Position numbers and translations under genes: made by a program. This document shows positions 38,532-52,200 of a stretch of 64,000 nt of DNA, in pieces. The number at the start of each line of letters is the position of its first letter. Position 1 is the stretch's first letter. Below the pieces are notes generated by a model. It was not told where the DNA came from, did not search any database, and saw only the letters and a list, made by a program, of their open reading frames with translations. The stretch is from Hydrolagus affinis (taxonomy: Eukaryota): positions 1 to 64,000 of the forward strand of contig JAAILG010000175.1 of assembly GCA_012026655.1 (NCBI GenBank), written 5' to 3'.

Positions 38532-39995
38532 CTGAAAGGAAAACTAATGGACTCTTACTCAAAAGGGCAAAAATAGCAAATCTATCTTTCAAAAGATTGC
38601 TTTCAAGTGTCGCCTGACTTACAGTAATAGGGTAAAAATTGCAGTTTTCTTAATAGATTCATTGAATCTGAGATACACCTCAGTTTTCACCCAAATGTTT
38701 GGGTGCAATGCCCATTCCCTATAAGAAAACTAACCACGAAACTACAAGTAATGAGATAGCCGCAGAACAAGGTGCATTATGCACAAAGTGATGTATTTTT
38801 GTTTAAGACAGAGCTGCAAATGCAATATTCTATTGCTTCTTTAGAATGGAACAGCGCAATTATTGTAACCCTTAGAATGAACACTCAGCACTGTATGAAA
38901 ACAAGTACCAGCTGCAACGACTGATGTAATTGACCAGGGAAATGCACCAAAGAGAGAATGTAATCACTTTCATGATGCACATCATTCTGGAATATAACAG
39001 TGAAACCAGAATTGCAACATATAAAGCACTGTTTCTGTAATAAATTAGAGGAGCAGTATTCTTTTCAGGGCATGCATGGAAAATTTGAAAGTCTGTTAAA
39101 TAATAACCTCCGGGGAACAGTTTGTTTAAGTGAAAGCAAATTAAGACACTAAACTTTTTGTCTCCTTATTCTCATTTTTATTACGTGAACAAAGAATGCT
39201 TGTACTGCTGAGAGCTTGTATATCAGTGTGCATGTCTCAATGCTATTAAAAATCTTACTTGAACAATTTATATTCACTTCCTTTACAATGTCATTTAGGG
39301 AGCCAGGAAAAGCTATGTCGTGTGAAACGGGACTTAGTTTACTTTGTTTTTCAAATAATCCTTAGTACATTAGCTGAATGAGCCAAAGATTGTTCCAATT
39401 GTTTATGTGGTTGCTGAATTAAAAGTCAATGAGACTGAGATTAATTAATGACGTCTCATCTTGGATTATTGCTTCACTGAGCTATTGTTTCTTGTGCAGT
39501 ATTTTACACACATATTTAAATTCATCCTGTTCCCTATAGCTTGACAGAGAGAAAACTATAGTCTCACATTCCTTCAATGCAAACCCATTCTGTATTCTTT
39601 AGCAATTGTGTACAATGTAACATGTGTTCAAAATACTGCTGGGAAGAATTCTTATCTTAATGAATTAATGCCAAATTAAATTGTTTGCATCCACCAGAGC
39701 TCAAGGAACAATTTAAAACCCATCAACTGATTACCATAATATATCACAGCGCTGGTTTATTAAGGAATCAATGCAGTTTTTTTTATATCCTTGTGTATTT
39801 TTCAATTGACACCATTATCTTCAAACCTATGCATTTGGCATGTACAAACCTGTAACACTCTGATTTAAAGAGTTAAACAAAGTAAATCTAAATGTTTGGA
39901 ATTCTGTAGACATGCTTGAAGTGATTAGCAAGAATCAGCGGAAATATTACAAACATAACATCAACTGATATTCAGTTGTCATTTTTTAACTATCG

Positions 39996-40235
39996 GTGAC
40001 CACTGCCCATTGCTTTATGTCCCCTGCTCAGATCACCTCATCATTCTCTGGGAACTTGATCCAGGATTCTTTCCTTCTTATCCTGTCCCTCTCTGCTTCC
40101 AGACCTTTCTTTTTGACTGTGCTTTTAATCATTTTTCCCCCTGTGCCATCTTCTTCCAGCTCAAGCTCACAGTCAGTGTGAGAAGCACTCTGAGACATAT
40201 TTTCAAAGTGAAGACACTACATGAATGTAAATGGC
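39996..40235 (+). mobile_element. Old L2 3' fragment
   Basis: Degenerate CTCTGGGAAC, AGACCTTTCTTTTTGACTGTGCTTTT and AAGCACTCTGAGACAT hairpin. Confidence 0.55.
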
Positions 40236-41169
40236 GAATTTACATGTACAGCTTACAGCCTAATAACATGCACCTTTGTTTTTACTCCTTCAGTGCAGAA
40301 CCATTAACCTTACAGTATCTGAATTATTTAGGAAAGTAAATTTGAATGAACAATTAAATTAGTGTAAATTATTTTGTGTTATTTCTATGAATTAGCACAA
40401 CGAATATGTGATAAAGACTTTATTATGTTAGTTATATTTCTCCATGGTTCTAAAGCTATAAATGATCATTCCAACCTGAAAGTGTGAAATATTATTCACA
40501 AAACATGTATTTATAAACATTTTTTATTTACCACTCGATAATTTGGTATCAACCTTATATGGCATTTTTAAAGCAACTGTGTTTTGTTACAAATCACATT
40601 TTTATTTGCCATTGAATTCTTACAAATGAGAAGTTGATGTTTCTTTTTAATCGAAGGAAAACAATTAACTTACAAATTATTTTACAAGGCAGTATCTTTC
40701 TGTTTCTGTTAGTATCAGTATGAATTATGTATTACAATGTGCTAATATTGGACAGATGAGATTCACACTCATTCAAATTTTCAGTTTTATGGTAGGTTTA
40801 TTTAAATTTTAGATCAGCAGCAGTCATTTAAATAACTTCAGTGAGCTAAATGGATTTTAATACCCCGTAAGAAGCTCAAATTATTATCAATAAACAGAAG
40901 TGAGTTATGCTGCATTAATAATTTATTTGTCAAAACTAGATTTAATTTTATAGGCAGATTTGTGGTACAGTGCACTGGCACACTGATGAATCTTGGAGTG
41001 ATAAGCGCATGTTATTCCCTACATAGTGAGTTCTGAATCTCATCCCAGGCCATCTGCTAAAGGCATTCCAATCCTCTTCACCAGGGAGAAAGGACTGCAG
41101 GGTAGGTGAACTTACATCACAACTCCTGAGGAGAGAGTGGATTCAAAGCATATGGGAACAGGTATTTAC

Positions 41170-41246
41170 CTGCTCTTGCTGAGGGACTGGTGTGTGTGCT
41201 GGGGGTGGGGGACAGGTCAGGGGACGACAGTGATAAAAGAGGAAAG
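41170..41246 (-). CDS. Candidate penultimate exon of the same gene (77 nt xFPLLSLSSPDLSPTPSTHTSPSARA, or 29 nt xTHTSPSARA from an inner acceptor)
   Basis: Long polypyrimidine tract, acceptors ctttag| and cccccag|, strong donor CAG|gtaaat. In this frame the phase-1 end joins in frame to 38531. Confidence 0.35.
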
Positions 41247-42869
41247 CTAAAGAGTCAGAGGAAATAGGTTACAAAGCAAACAGAGAAAGAAAAATATTTG
41301 ACACTTTCAGAGCAATGTTGACGTTTATAAGATGCACACGCCATGTTCATGAATTATTTAATCTCTCAATTATGCAACAATTTATTCATAGCAGATTTAT
41401 GTACGCAAGTACAGGTAGTTCAGTTGATTAAGACTCAGCACGAAGAGACCCTAATTTCCACCTATGTCTTGGTCTGCAAGATAATCGTATCTAAAAGTTT
41501 AAGGTTTAAGTTTGCACAGAATTGTAGAAAATTGTTAAATTTAAAATCCTAATTTCAAAACTGGTTCTTTTATAAGAACTGCAGAAAATTAGGAGCATTT
41601 GCCCTCAAAATGCACAGTTACTAAACTTTAAAAGTATACCCTGAAGTGCTTTGAAAACCATTGATATCAAATGCAAGGAATATTATTAACACAATCTTCC
41701 AAATTAGGACTGAATTTAAGAACGTAACTCAATTCTGTCTGGTCTTAGTTTTAACACAAAATGGCCCAGTGTGCTGAGACTAGATGGAATTTCAGACCCT
41801 GATATTTTACAATTTGTGGAATTGTGAAAACAAATACAGTTTTCACTAGTATTCCCAGACTGTGTTCAGACACTTTATGAGGTGGACGACTGAAGAGAGG
41901 AGATGATAATCCACAGCAAAATCAGTGCTAATGCTTATAATAGAATTACAACAACAACAACAAAATTACATTTATTGAGTGGCTTTCACGGTGGAAGGAT
42001 GTCCCAAGGTGCCGAGTTGGTTGCACACTCCTGGACCTATGCAACTAATTATCTTTTCTTTAAAATTTCCTTATTATAGAATCCAATTAAGAAGACACAT
42101 AAATCAGATCCTAACCTAATACTCAGATGGAATTGCATCCTTGAAATCATCTCTATGTATGAGTTATTTGTTTAACATACATGCTGCAGGGTACATGACA
42201 TTGTTACTCTGGTTTCAGTGCTTGGTGGTTGACGTGCTGGTGAGTGTCAGTGACCAGGTGGCTCTGTGAAGCTGATACCTGATAACATCCACATTGAAAT
42301 AGTTCAGCAGCTTTGACATAATCACTGAAAATTTACTGAGTGATCTTCCAAAGCTGTTTAAAGTCCCAGTGCATCCTATAAAATTACTGCTTCTGGCTTC
42401 TGCATCACAAGGAAGGAATTGTAACACTGGTTAGAATGATGATAAGCAGAGCTTTTTGTTTCACATATTGACCCAATAAATTGAAGGCACGTCTTTTTAG
42501 ACATTTTCACAACTTGAAGAAAAATGCTTCAACCTTACTGACTGTGACAAGATATTTAATCAGTGGTTGCTGGCATTTTGGCGACATCAACCTGACTGTG
42601 AGAGCTGATGTGATTTTCAACAGAAAGTCTGGCATCATCAAATATGCTTCAGTACGCCTCAAGACAGAACATTATAAGATTACATCTCTTTAATGGGTTT
42701 AGAAGCATTGGGATTGGGTCTAGAGAACATCACTGTGAAATGCAGACTAATTCATGGCATGATTTTACATCCATGGAAGAAGTAACTTGAGCTTTGCTGG
42801 TACCCTGATTCTGTGCCACTGGCCCTTCATCAGCCAATGCTATATATACTACGTGGGGACATAACCAGG

Positions 42870-43150
42870 CATCCCATCTTTCACATCAGACATTAACCGC
42901 CTAATGTCCCATTGACATGCTCAGGTGAATATTAACAAATTCCACAACAATATTTGAAAAAAAAAGGGAGTTGCTCCTGATGTCTGTCCAACAATCTTGC
43001 AGATAAATTAATCATGCATCTCATGTTTGTATGTGGGACTGAGCTGGTGCAAATAGCTTGTTCCTATAAAGAATGTCACTAAACTTGGCAGTAATTACAT
43101 CTGAAGTACTTTGAGACTTTCAGTGTGTAAAGGTTCTGTAAAAGTGAAAT
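42870..43150 (+). mobile_element. Degenerate Deu-domain SINE
   Basis: CATCTTTCACATCAGACATTAACCG...CTCAGGTGAATATTAAC...GGGAGTTGCTCCTGATGTC plus SINE tail. Confidence 0.6.
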
Positions 43151-44203
43151 TCTTTCATCCTTTACCACCAAGCTGCACATCACAGTGATGTGTCTTGAAA
43201 GCAATTCCTGGGCTCTTATCTAAAGAATGACATAAAAGAAAGTGTAGTTAGGTGGAAGTTATATTTTGTAAATCATTTAGTGTATATTTCATATCTACAA
43301 TTTGCAATTGCTGCATTATTTTTCAAACATGAATTAAATTCAAAGATTAGAGGGCTGAAGCCAATTAGTTTCAGTTTGAATAACCAAAATATTTATATAA
43401 CAACAACAACTTGCACATACAGCACTGCCCCATGCAGGTAGCATCTCAGAACATTTACAATACTACCCTAATAAGTATTGGAGCCCTTGATAACAATTGG
43501 AGCAGAATGAAGTCCTCCTTGGAAGAAAATAATTTTAAACATGTAGTTTGGAAGGGTGGGGAATACAACACTTTGTGCCATGTACAACTGTACTGTTAAC
43601 ACTAATAATCTTTGCATTTGCTATAGTGTCTTTCGTGTCAGGAAAAAATATTTTTGCAGGATTTACGAAACAGTGTATGTAGTAACTGTATTTTGTAGCC
43701 AAATGTGGCAGCCAATTTGTGACAGCAAAGTAGCTCACAATGTGCCCAGTAAATGCATGCTAGTATGAAATGTTGACAAAACAATATGCAGAATGCAATT
43801 CCACTTTTCTACAATGTATTAAGATGAGAGACCAAGGATCACATTCAAGGCACCTAGAATATATTAAATCGGGTACATGGGTAATAAATGCACAAGTAAT
43901 TGTGTGCAATTACTATTTTGTCATTAAAATGAATTTTTTTTTGCTTTTTTACATATTAATTTACTGCTAGCGGTACTGAAAGCCATTCGGTGGAACGTTA
44001 CATTATTGGAAATGAGAACATTGAGGAAGCGTAAGATATAAAAATCTAATGAACTTAACCTAAAGTGGCTCCTCTTTTATGAGATAAAACTTTGTGTGCA
44101 AAAGTTCTTTAATAAGATTCTACAGCTCTGCTTTTTTGTCCCTGTGTGAACAGAGCCCACTCAATTGAATGTAAATAACAATAATAATCTTTCCATTGAT
44201 ATC

Positions 44204-44377
44204 AAGACCATCCTCTTCAACCACACTTTTGGTCACTCTCCCACCCCCCCACTCTCCCCACCTTCCAAACTTCCTACACCCAACCCTCAGCTCGGGTCCA
44301 AATCCCTGACTGACTAGCACCTTGGGACATCTTCCTGAGGTAAAAGCCATCATACAAATGTAACTTGTTGTTGTTGT
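44204..44377 (+). mobile_element. L2 (family B) 3' end
   Basis: AAGACCATCCTCTTCAACCAC...AGCACCTTGGGACATC...TAACTTGTTGTTGTTG. Confidence 0.8.
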
Positions 44378-44614
44378 AAGGTGGCTGGCCAGATAAAGGC
44401 TGAGTCAATGTGGTTTACAATGTCCTCCCAGGTGAAAGGCGCCATATAAATGTAAATTATATTGTACAATATTGTAATTCTCTAGAGGATTGAGCCATCC
44501 AATACCTGAGTCAGGCAGGTCCAGAGTATTTTAGTGTATAGTTGATTGCTCAGCTAGCCTTGCTTATCAGTGAAACTTAGAAAGGTAGATATGTCACATG
44601 GGAATGGGAATCTT

Positions 44615-44790
44615 AATAATAATAATCCTTGCATTTGATATAATGCTTTTCACATCTTCTAGATGTCTCAAAGTGCTTCACAGAATATACTGTAAAGTGA
44701 ATTGACTGTATATTTGTGGGCGAAACGTGGCAGCCAATTGCGCACAGCAGTGTCCCACAAACAGTCGTGAAATGAAATGACCAATTTATC
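44615..44790 (-). mobile_element. tRNA-derived SINE, 3' half
   Basis: Close match to the shared SINE tail. Similar partial copies lie near 4440, 11450, 43605, 45135, 47943, 51435, 52820, 52925, 54900, 58407 and 59850. Confidence 0.85.
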
Positions 44791-45409
44791 TTACCCACTC
44801 AAACCTTAATAATTCTAATGTTTTAAGGGTTAGTTTGATCATTTCTTGGGCAAGCAACAGGAAGATTCCTGGTGCCTCAAACAGATAGGCTATATGTTTT
44901 TAACTGGTTCATTTCCAGCAGTATTGGATCCTTTGGGGGTCCATTGGCTTTGCCTTTTGTCAACCTGTACCAGTGTTGTCTAGCCATTGGAAATCAGGGT
45001 ACATTCCCCAAATGGGTGAAAAGTACTGTAAAATGAGCTGAGAATTAAAGTTACCTTCTTATGTAATTTTAGCTTATCCTTTAGAAGTACTGTACAAGAT
45101 TTCATTTAAAAGTATGCCTGCGTAATATAGTCACTATATTTTACAGTAAATTCTGTAAGCCCTTTGAGACATCTCGGCAATGTGATAAGGCACTATATCA
45201 AATGCAACAATTATTAAGCAGCAGCTCATTACAGAAATGTCAAAATAATCTATTTGTAATCTACAGTATTTGGCACTCTTGATAGGTATTGTTGAATTCT
45301 ATAACATGCTTAACTCTACAAGTTAAATATCTCTTGTCTCAGCATTGTGCAATTAAAAATGACTACATGATAATGGAGTTATCCTTCAAGGAAAACATAC
45401 TGAAACTCG

Positions 45410-45590
45410 TCCATCAGATGAGAAGTTAAACTGAGGTCCAAACTGCCTGATCAGGTGGATGTTAAAGACCCCATGACATTTTCTAAAAAGAGAAGGGAGT
45501 TTCTCCCTCGTCCCAGAAAATATCCCCTGATTCAATTGCTCATTCACTTCATGGCTGTTTGTGGGATATTGCTCTGCACAAATGTACTGT
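45410..45590 (+). mobile_element. Deu-domain SINE core
   Basis: CAGATGAGAAGTTAAACTGAGGTCC...TCAGGTGGATGTTAAAGACCCCATGACATTTTC...GGGAGTTTCTCCC. Confidence 0.75.
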
Positions 45591-46829
45591 ATTTATTTAA
45601 TCTAATTTAGATGCCAAATGAATGATAAGGGATTGAAATTGAATCTATTTGAATGGTGGGAATTTTTTTGAAACATTGTATACACCTAATGGTTTACTTC
45701 TCCTGTAACATTTTTAACTGCTTTCAGGAAAGCTATTTGTTTTCAACAGCTGGTAGTTAAAATCAGCACCACCTTCGAATCCTCTAGATTTAAATCAAAT
45801 CATTATTACACATAGCACAAGTGAGCTATTAGAAATGAACTCTGCAAGTTGTAGTTCTCAAGCAACACTATAATTATACAGGACTATATCTTCCAATGTC
45901 CCCCAGCTGAATGCTTCCAGGATTTAATATTGCTGGCATGGACTGAAACATATACAGATGTCAGATCCTTTTTTTTTATAGCCCCCAACCCCCACCCCGT
46001 TCATTTGGAGTTGTAGTTTGATGATCTATAATACCTTTGTGGCACTGGCTTTTCATTGACTGTATCAGAGTGTTTGAGCTTTAGTTCTGATGCATTTTTA
46101 ATATTCCTTGAAGCAGTGCATATTTTGAGGGAAGAAGGTTTGGGAAAAAAAAGTAAATCAAACATGTTAATTATTCAAGTACTGCAAGATAAAATTGTTC
46201 ACAACATGTGAAACGATTGCTGCTGGAGCCTAGATTTTAACCAGCAAATGGCATTAAAAGAAGAAGCAACTTTGAGGTTCAAGGTGCAGTTGAAAAAGTT
46301 GCCTATTCAAAATAAAGCTACAGCTGATGTTTAAATTGGCAACTTCAACATTTACTAATTTTACATCAACAAACTTCCGTTTCTATTGAGTATTTCACGT
46401 CGGGAGGATGTCCCAAGGCGCTGAGCAGACAGTATTTCGGCCTCCAGCTGAGGGCGTGAATTGGGAGGTGGGGTGTATGTGGAGGGAAGTGGGGGAGGGA
46501 GGTTGATCAAAAGCACAGAAGAAATTGCATAGGATCAAATAAACAGATAGATCTGTCAGAGATCCAGCACAGGCCTCCTTCAGTGCTATAACTTTCTATG
46601 GTACTAATTTCATGAAATCGATTCACAAACATCTTGTCACATGAGGGAAGATAAAACAGCAAATTCTGAAAATCAGAAAATAATAAAATGCTGGAAATTC
46701 ACAGCAAGTGGCTCAGTATCTGACAGTTAGTATTTCAGATGTGATGCTTCATAAATCATCAAAAATCTCTTAAAGTAGAAAACAACACAAGCTTTACATT
46801 TATGTTGAAGAGAAACATTATGGTCCAAT

Positions 46830-47133
46830 AACGTAGGACCCAGGTTCGATCCCTGAGCAGGGCAAAACCTTCAGAAAGTTTCCTTACCCTTCATGCCTCT
46901 TCACCCAGCAGTAAGTAGGAACCCAGTTGTTAGATGATTGGCGGATTGCTTTCTGGTAGTAAATGTGGTCACTCAATCTACAACTGTCTGTGGGACATTG
47001 TTCTGCACAATCGGTTGCTGCGGTTTGTCCAGAAAATATGCAGTCAATTCACTTTACAGTACATTCTGTGAAGTGCTTTGAGATGCCTCAAAGATCTGAT
47101 AAGGTGCTAAATCAAACAAGAGTATTATTATTA
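46830..47133 (+). mobile_element. tRNA-derived SINE (long-body subfamily)
   Basis: B box GGTTCGATCCC, TTCACCCAGCAGTAAGTAGGAACC central block, shared tail. Confidence 0.82.
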
Positions 47134-48357
47134 ATGCACAACAACATCAACTTGCATTTATGTAAAGGCCTAAGCTCTGGTGCCCATCCAGCACTGGATA
47201 ATGCTTTGAAATATCCTCCCAACCTGAAAGCTGCTATAAAAATATAAATTGTATCATATTCTCATAGGATGAATGTCTCAGAGCTCTTCATAGTGGCAAG
47301 ACACCAAGCAAAGGAAACAGGAGAAGTGAACATAAGCGCAGTTGAAGAGTTGAGTTTTGAGGCGTGACGGTAGAGAGAAGTGAGGTGATGGGGTAGAAGC
47401 ACAGAGCAACAGAGGTTAAGGGCGTATGGACAAAGTGTTAAAGAGGCTATATCGTATTAAATGCCCAATAGAATGTTTTATGGCTAGCTTCATGCATTAA
47501 ATCTCAGTTTACAATCAGCTGCCTTTGACATTTAGAGAAAATAATTCTCCCAGATCTTATACCACCGAGGAAAAAAATCCATTAATTGTTTCTAAACTGC
47601 AAAAAAAATTGAGTCGTATAAGAATGGAGAGAGCTGCATTCTATTCATTGCTCAGTAAAAATGTAATCAAGGTAAAAGCAGATGCATTTGCTTGTATTGC
47701 TGTAGTGTGCCCTGCAATACAATACAATTGTATTCAGGTCTACGTGATACCACTGCATTATTAGTTCAGTATCCCCAATTGTTTTTTTCTAAAATGAGGG
47801 AAAACATAACAGAGTTTGACATCCAGTCCTGGCTGCTGATAAAGCCATGGTTTAGTTACTGTACAAATAGTGGAGTTCATCATGGTCTGACAGCAAAACA
47901 TTGTGATCTTTCGTTACTTATTCAGAATGGATTTTCCCAATAAGAATAATCCTTGCATTTGTACATCTTCCAGATGTCACAAAGCCCTTCACAGAAAATT
48001 TTGTAAAGTGAATTGACTGTATATTTGTGAATGAAACACGGCAGACAATTGTGGGACATTGCACAGCTGTGGGGTAGAAAGGTCATGCTGAAAGTGCCTG
48101 AGTTGTGGAGGCATTGACGGGAGCCAATCAGGAGGGCCTCGGTCTAGCTGATGTTCAAGTGTAGAAAGTTTGCTCTCATCAAGGACTTGATGTCTGACAT
48201 TCTGTCAGGACAAAAGTATTGAGGATTCCATTTACCATTTTTATGAAGTTTAAAAGACTGTTTAAACATTTCTGTTCAGTCTTAATTTCCCTTCCATATA
48301 AAGGGCTAAAAGTTCAGAAAATTATCGAAGGGATCAGCACCATTTAATAGTCAATTA

Positions 48358-48690
48358 AAATAATAATTCTTGCATTTGATATACTGTGTGCCTTATGATG
48401 TCTTCTAGACGTCTCAAAACGGTTCCCAGAATATACTGTAAAGTGAATTGACTGTATATTTTGTGGGCGAAACATGGCAGCCAATTGCGCACAGCAGTGC
48501 TCCACAAACAGTCTTGGATTGAAATGACCAATTTTTTTTTAAGCATTATTACCCGCCGAAAATCAATCCCCCAATCGACTAACTGACTTCCTACTTACTG
48601 TTAGATAAATAAATGCATCTTGTGTAAGGAAACATGCCCAACATTTCTCCTGCCGGGAATCGAATCCAGGTCTCTCACCTGCTCTAACCA
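48358..48690 (-). mobile_element. tRNA-derived SINE (long-body subfamily)
   Basis: Minus strand has GGATTCGATTCCC B box, CTAACAGTAAGTAGGAAG block and shared tail. Confidence 0.82.
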
Positions 48691-48939
48691 ATGTGCCAAA
48701 GGACTTTACATGTCTATATTGAAGCTTCAAAATATTCAGCAGATTATGAATATTATAATTGTGTGCAAACACATCCCTCTCTCAACCCCACCACAGCAGT
48801 TCCACCCACAGCTGGGGTGCAAACATTGGACTATCCACAATCCTGGGATATCCTTCTGAAGTAAAAAGTGCTATATAAATAAAATGTGTATTGAATTGTA
48901 AATCATCCCAAGTCGCTTTGTAGATAATTAATATTAAGT

Positions 48940-49232
48940 GAGGCGAGTGTGCAGCAATGTCCCACAAACCATTAGGAGGTGAATGAGCAATAGATCTGGA
49001 AGGTTGCTGGGCAGGATACTCTGAGAAACTCCCTTCTCATTTCAAGCGATCTCTAATGATCACCTGAACAGTTAGTCAGGACTTCATATCTCGTATGAAG
49101 GCATACACCTCCAACAGTGAGGCACTCCACCGGTACTGCACTGGAGAGTCAGCATGAACTGTGAGTTTGGGTCCCAAATTGAAGCATGAACCAAAAACAG
49201 TCAGGCCCAACACCAAGAGCGTCGCTGACACC
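48940..49232 (-). mobile_element. Deu-domain SINE
   Basis: Minus strand GCTGACTCTCCAGTGCAGTACCGGTGGAGTGCCTCACTGTTGGAGGTG...TTCAGGTGATCATTAGAGATC...GGGAGTTTCTC. Confidence 0.75.
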
Positions 49233-52200
49233 AGAGTGACTATGGAAACGAGAGATATCTATTTCAGAAATTGTGCTTTTTGTAAAACCATTGTGAAATT
49301 CACCATTGTGCAATTCTGTTGCCATCAATGGTACAATCGATAACATTATTACATTAGCACAGAGCAATGTGGCTGAGTTTGGGATCTAACAGCCCAAATC
49401 AGATGCCGTGGACCCTTTAAACAACTAAAAAGGAAGAAGGCAATTCTCAGGAAAAAAAAGTACTGAATCTAAATTGCCATGCAGCACACATACAGTACTG
49501 ATCCCAAGTTGCTCTTCAATGATACAGATGGTGGATGGGAATCAAGCATTCACATCATAAAAAAATAAATGGGTCTAGAGGCAAGCCAAGACCTGAAGCA
49601 CACAGGTGGAAGGGTGGAGGACATACAATTGATTAATTGATGGCTGGATGAGATTGGAAGGGTTAGAGCTGCTCTACCATTTCAGTTTCATTTAATTGAA
49701 ACTCTTTAATCAATGGAGCATTTACTGCAGCCTGGATTAACCCAATATAGATGATATGCACTGTACAGTGCAACATATAATGCAGAAAAGGAAACAATTG
49801 AAGTTAGATTACCTCTGCTCTGAGATGCTTCACCATGTGAAGGGTGCTAAATAAATGTAAGTTGTTGTAGTACCTGTATTCAAAAATCAGGTGAATTGTA
49901 CATCAGTAAACTACTTTATTTTTATCATTATTTTTGCAATAATTGTAACTACTGGAACATGACATCCGAATTGTTTTCAGATGCCAGAGCATTAATACTA
50001 GCAAATGGTATTTTAAAATGCTTGGTGCATGAGGTCCGTGCTATATTATAGGAATAACAGTGGGCCATTCAATCCATTGAGCCTTTTCTAAGGGTGCAGG
50101 TGTTATTGATAAATAAATGGATTTCTCTCACTTAAGCCCTATTGCAATGTTCACTTGCGTTGATGCTGGAATGTGGAGATTGTATTATTTTGTACACATA
50201 GTGTTTCATTTCTGCTAGTTTTGTATACTTTAGTTGAGTTTCTATTTCAGAACAGGATCATCTTATTTGATTTGAAACTCTCATGCAACCTATCAAAGCT
50301 TTGCACCATCAAATTTACTCCATGGTGAAGAAGATTGATCTGAAGTGAATGATGAATAGGTCTTGGTATGAAGCGAGATTTGGAATTTTCTGTTTAATTG
50401 GCAGGAAACGTAAAACATTTATTTAGGTGTTCAGATTAAACATGATCCATAATTCTTGCTCAAAGCACAGTGGACATGGTTGAGCACTTACTGAATTTTA
50501 TGTTATGAAAGAAAATGAATAGAAAATAATACTTGAAGACGTAACTGAAGCATAGTTAACATGACACACATGTTGCCCATTTTGTGCCTCATCAATCAAA
50601 TGCCACAAAGGACATATAGAATTGAAATGGATTGAAAAAGAATTGGACATACATTCACCTACATAAAACAACGGGTTCAACTGTGGAGGGAATCTCTGAG
50701 ATGCTCATCCAAAAAATGAGATGTGTGGCTTATTCTCAAAGGTGCCATATTGTAATAGCCAGCTAAATTCTGCAGAATGGTGGCAGTATTCAAGGAAGTA
50801 TGTGTAACTTTAGATTGATGAGGAATAAACAATTGCAATGGAATCAGAGGATCTTCAAGAACCTGCCTCAGGTTACGGCCAGCATCAGCAGGAGAGTTTG
50901 CAGGTTGAGGTGATTGAAGAGTCTTTCACATGAGGTGCCTGAATTTTATTAAAGTGATGAAGTGTCAATGACTCTTTTCAAAATGCTCAGGAAGTGTAGT
51001 TTACAGCACAGTTACATGTGATAAACAAAAGCATTGCAACCATGCAAAAACAAGCATGTATCCAAATAACCTGTATGAAGCAAACTCATTTCAAACAATT
51101 CATTAATGTGTGGTCATTTCTATTGGGAATCCTTAATAATGAAACTTGAAGTACCCATCCCCAGGAATTCTGATCTTACTCAATCTATTTTCAGAGTTTG
51201 TCAGCATTATGTGTGTGATTAGGATTAATTATTGAGGAGCCCCAGTTGATATATGCAATCACTGCATATAAGACCTCATTAATGTTTATATTACAAACCT
51301 TAATATTAATGAAGCCGACACAAGAAAAAAGGAACAAGGTGTAAATGTTTCACTCATATATTGATGAATTGTGTGTGCAAATGTTTATGTCATCGTGGGT
51401 ATGATATTAGCAATTATTATCTGTATATCTATATAACAATAAAAAATCTTTGCATTTGATATAGCGATTTTTACATCTTCTAGACGTTTCAAAACGTTTC
51501 ACAGAATATACTGTAAAGTGAATTGACTGTATATTTGTGGGCAAAACGATATACACTTAAGAACAAAGGGTCCACTCACTAAATTGTGGTATAGTTTACA
51601 ATAAGTGATTATTGGTGTTCTTTAGGATAAATCTCTGCCAGCGAATATTTTTGTGCAGTCAGGCTAGACAGTTTGGCATGGAATGCTAGACTGGGACTTG
51701 GGTTCGACTCAGGTTTTTCACTTCAGGAGCCTAGGTGCAAGACTAGTCAGTAATGACAAAAAGTCTTCTAAATGATACCATATAAAACTGATTTTCCCAT
51801 GAGTGCAGTTTGACAGCATAGTTGTTAAATTGTTTATTAAGTTGATAATTGTATTCATTAGACCACAGCATTGCTCGTGTGGAAAATAGCATTGCTTTTG
51901 AAGTGCTCTTCTGAAGTTGGGGCCGAGGAGAGGGAGGTTTTCTTTCCATCTATCACTCAAATCTAGATACTGTATTCTGTTATTGCCTCCAATTTATCCA
52001 TTACAAGTGCCAAGTGCCAAAACACTATTATGTTTCTTTGATTCTAAGGCTCAATGATGAGAATGGATTGCTCCTATGATGTTAAGGTCATTGAATTTTT
52101 ACATACTGTACTATCAAGTGTAATATCACAGGGAAAATAAAGTATACAGTCTTGTTAATCTGGTTATTGACAGGATACTTTAGCTGAAATACACACGAAG

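Noticed and set aside
39259-39360. Minus-strand exon GLFEKQSKLSPVSHDIAFPGSLNDIVKEVNINCS
   Set aside because: The donor is acceptable and phase-compatible, but the acceptor lacks a pyrimidine tract and no homology is recognised.
45055-45117. Minus-strand exon with plausible splice sites
   Set aside because: Stop codons in all three frames.
50491-50668. Minus-strand coding exon
   Set aside because: Stops occur in every frame before the donor.
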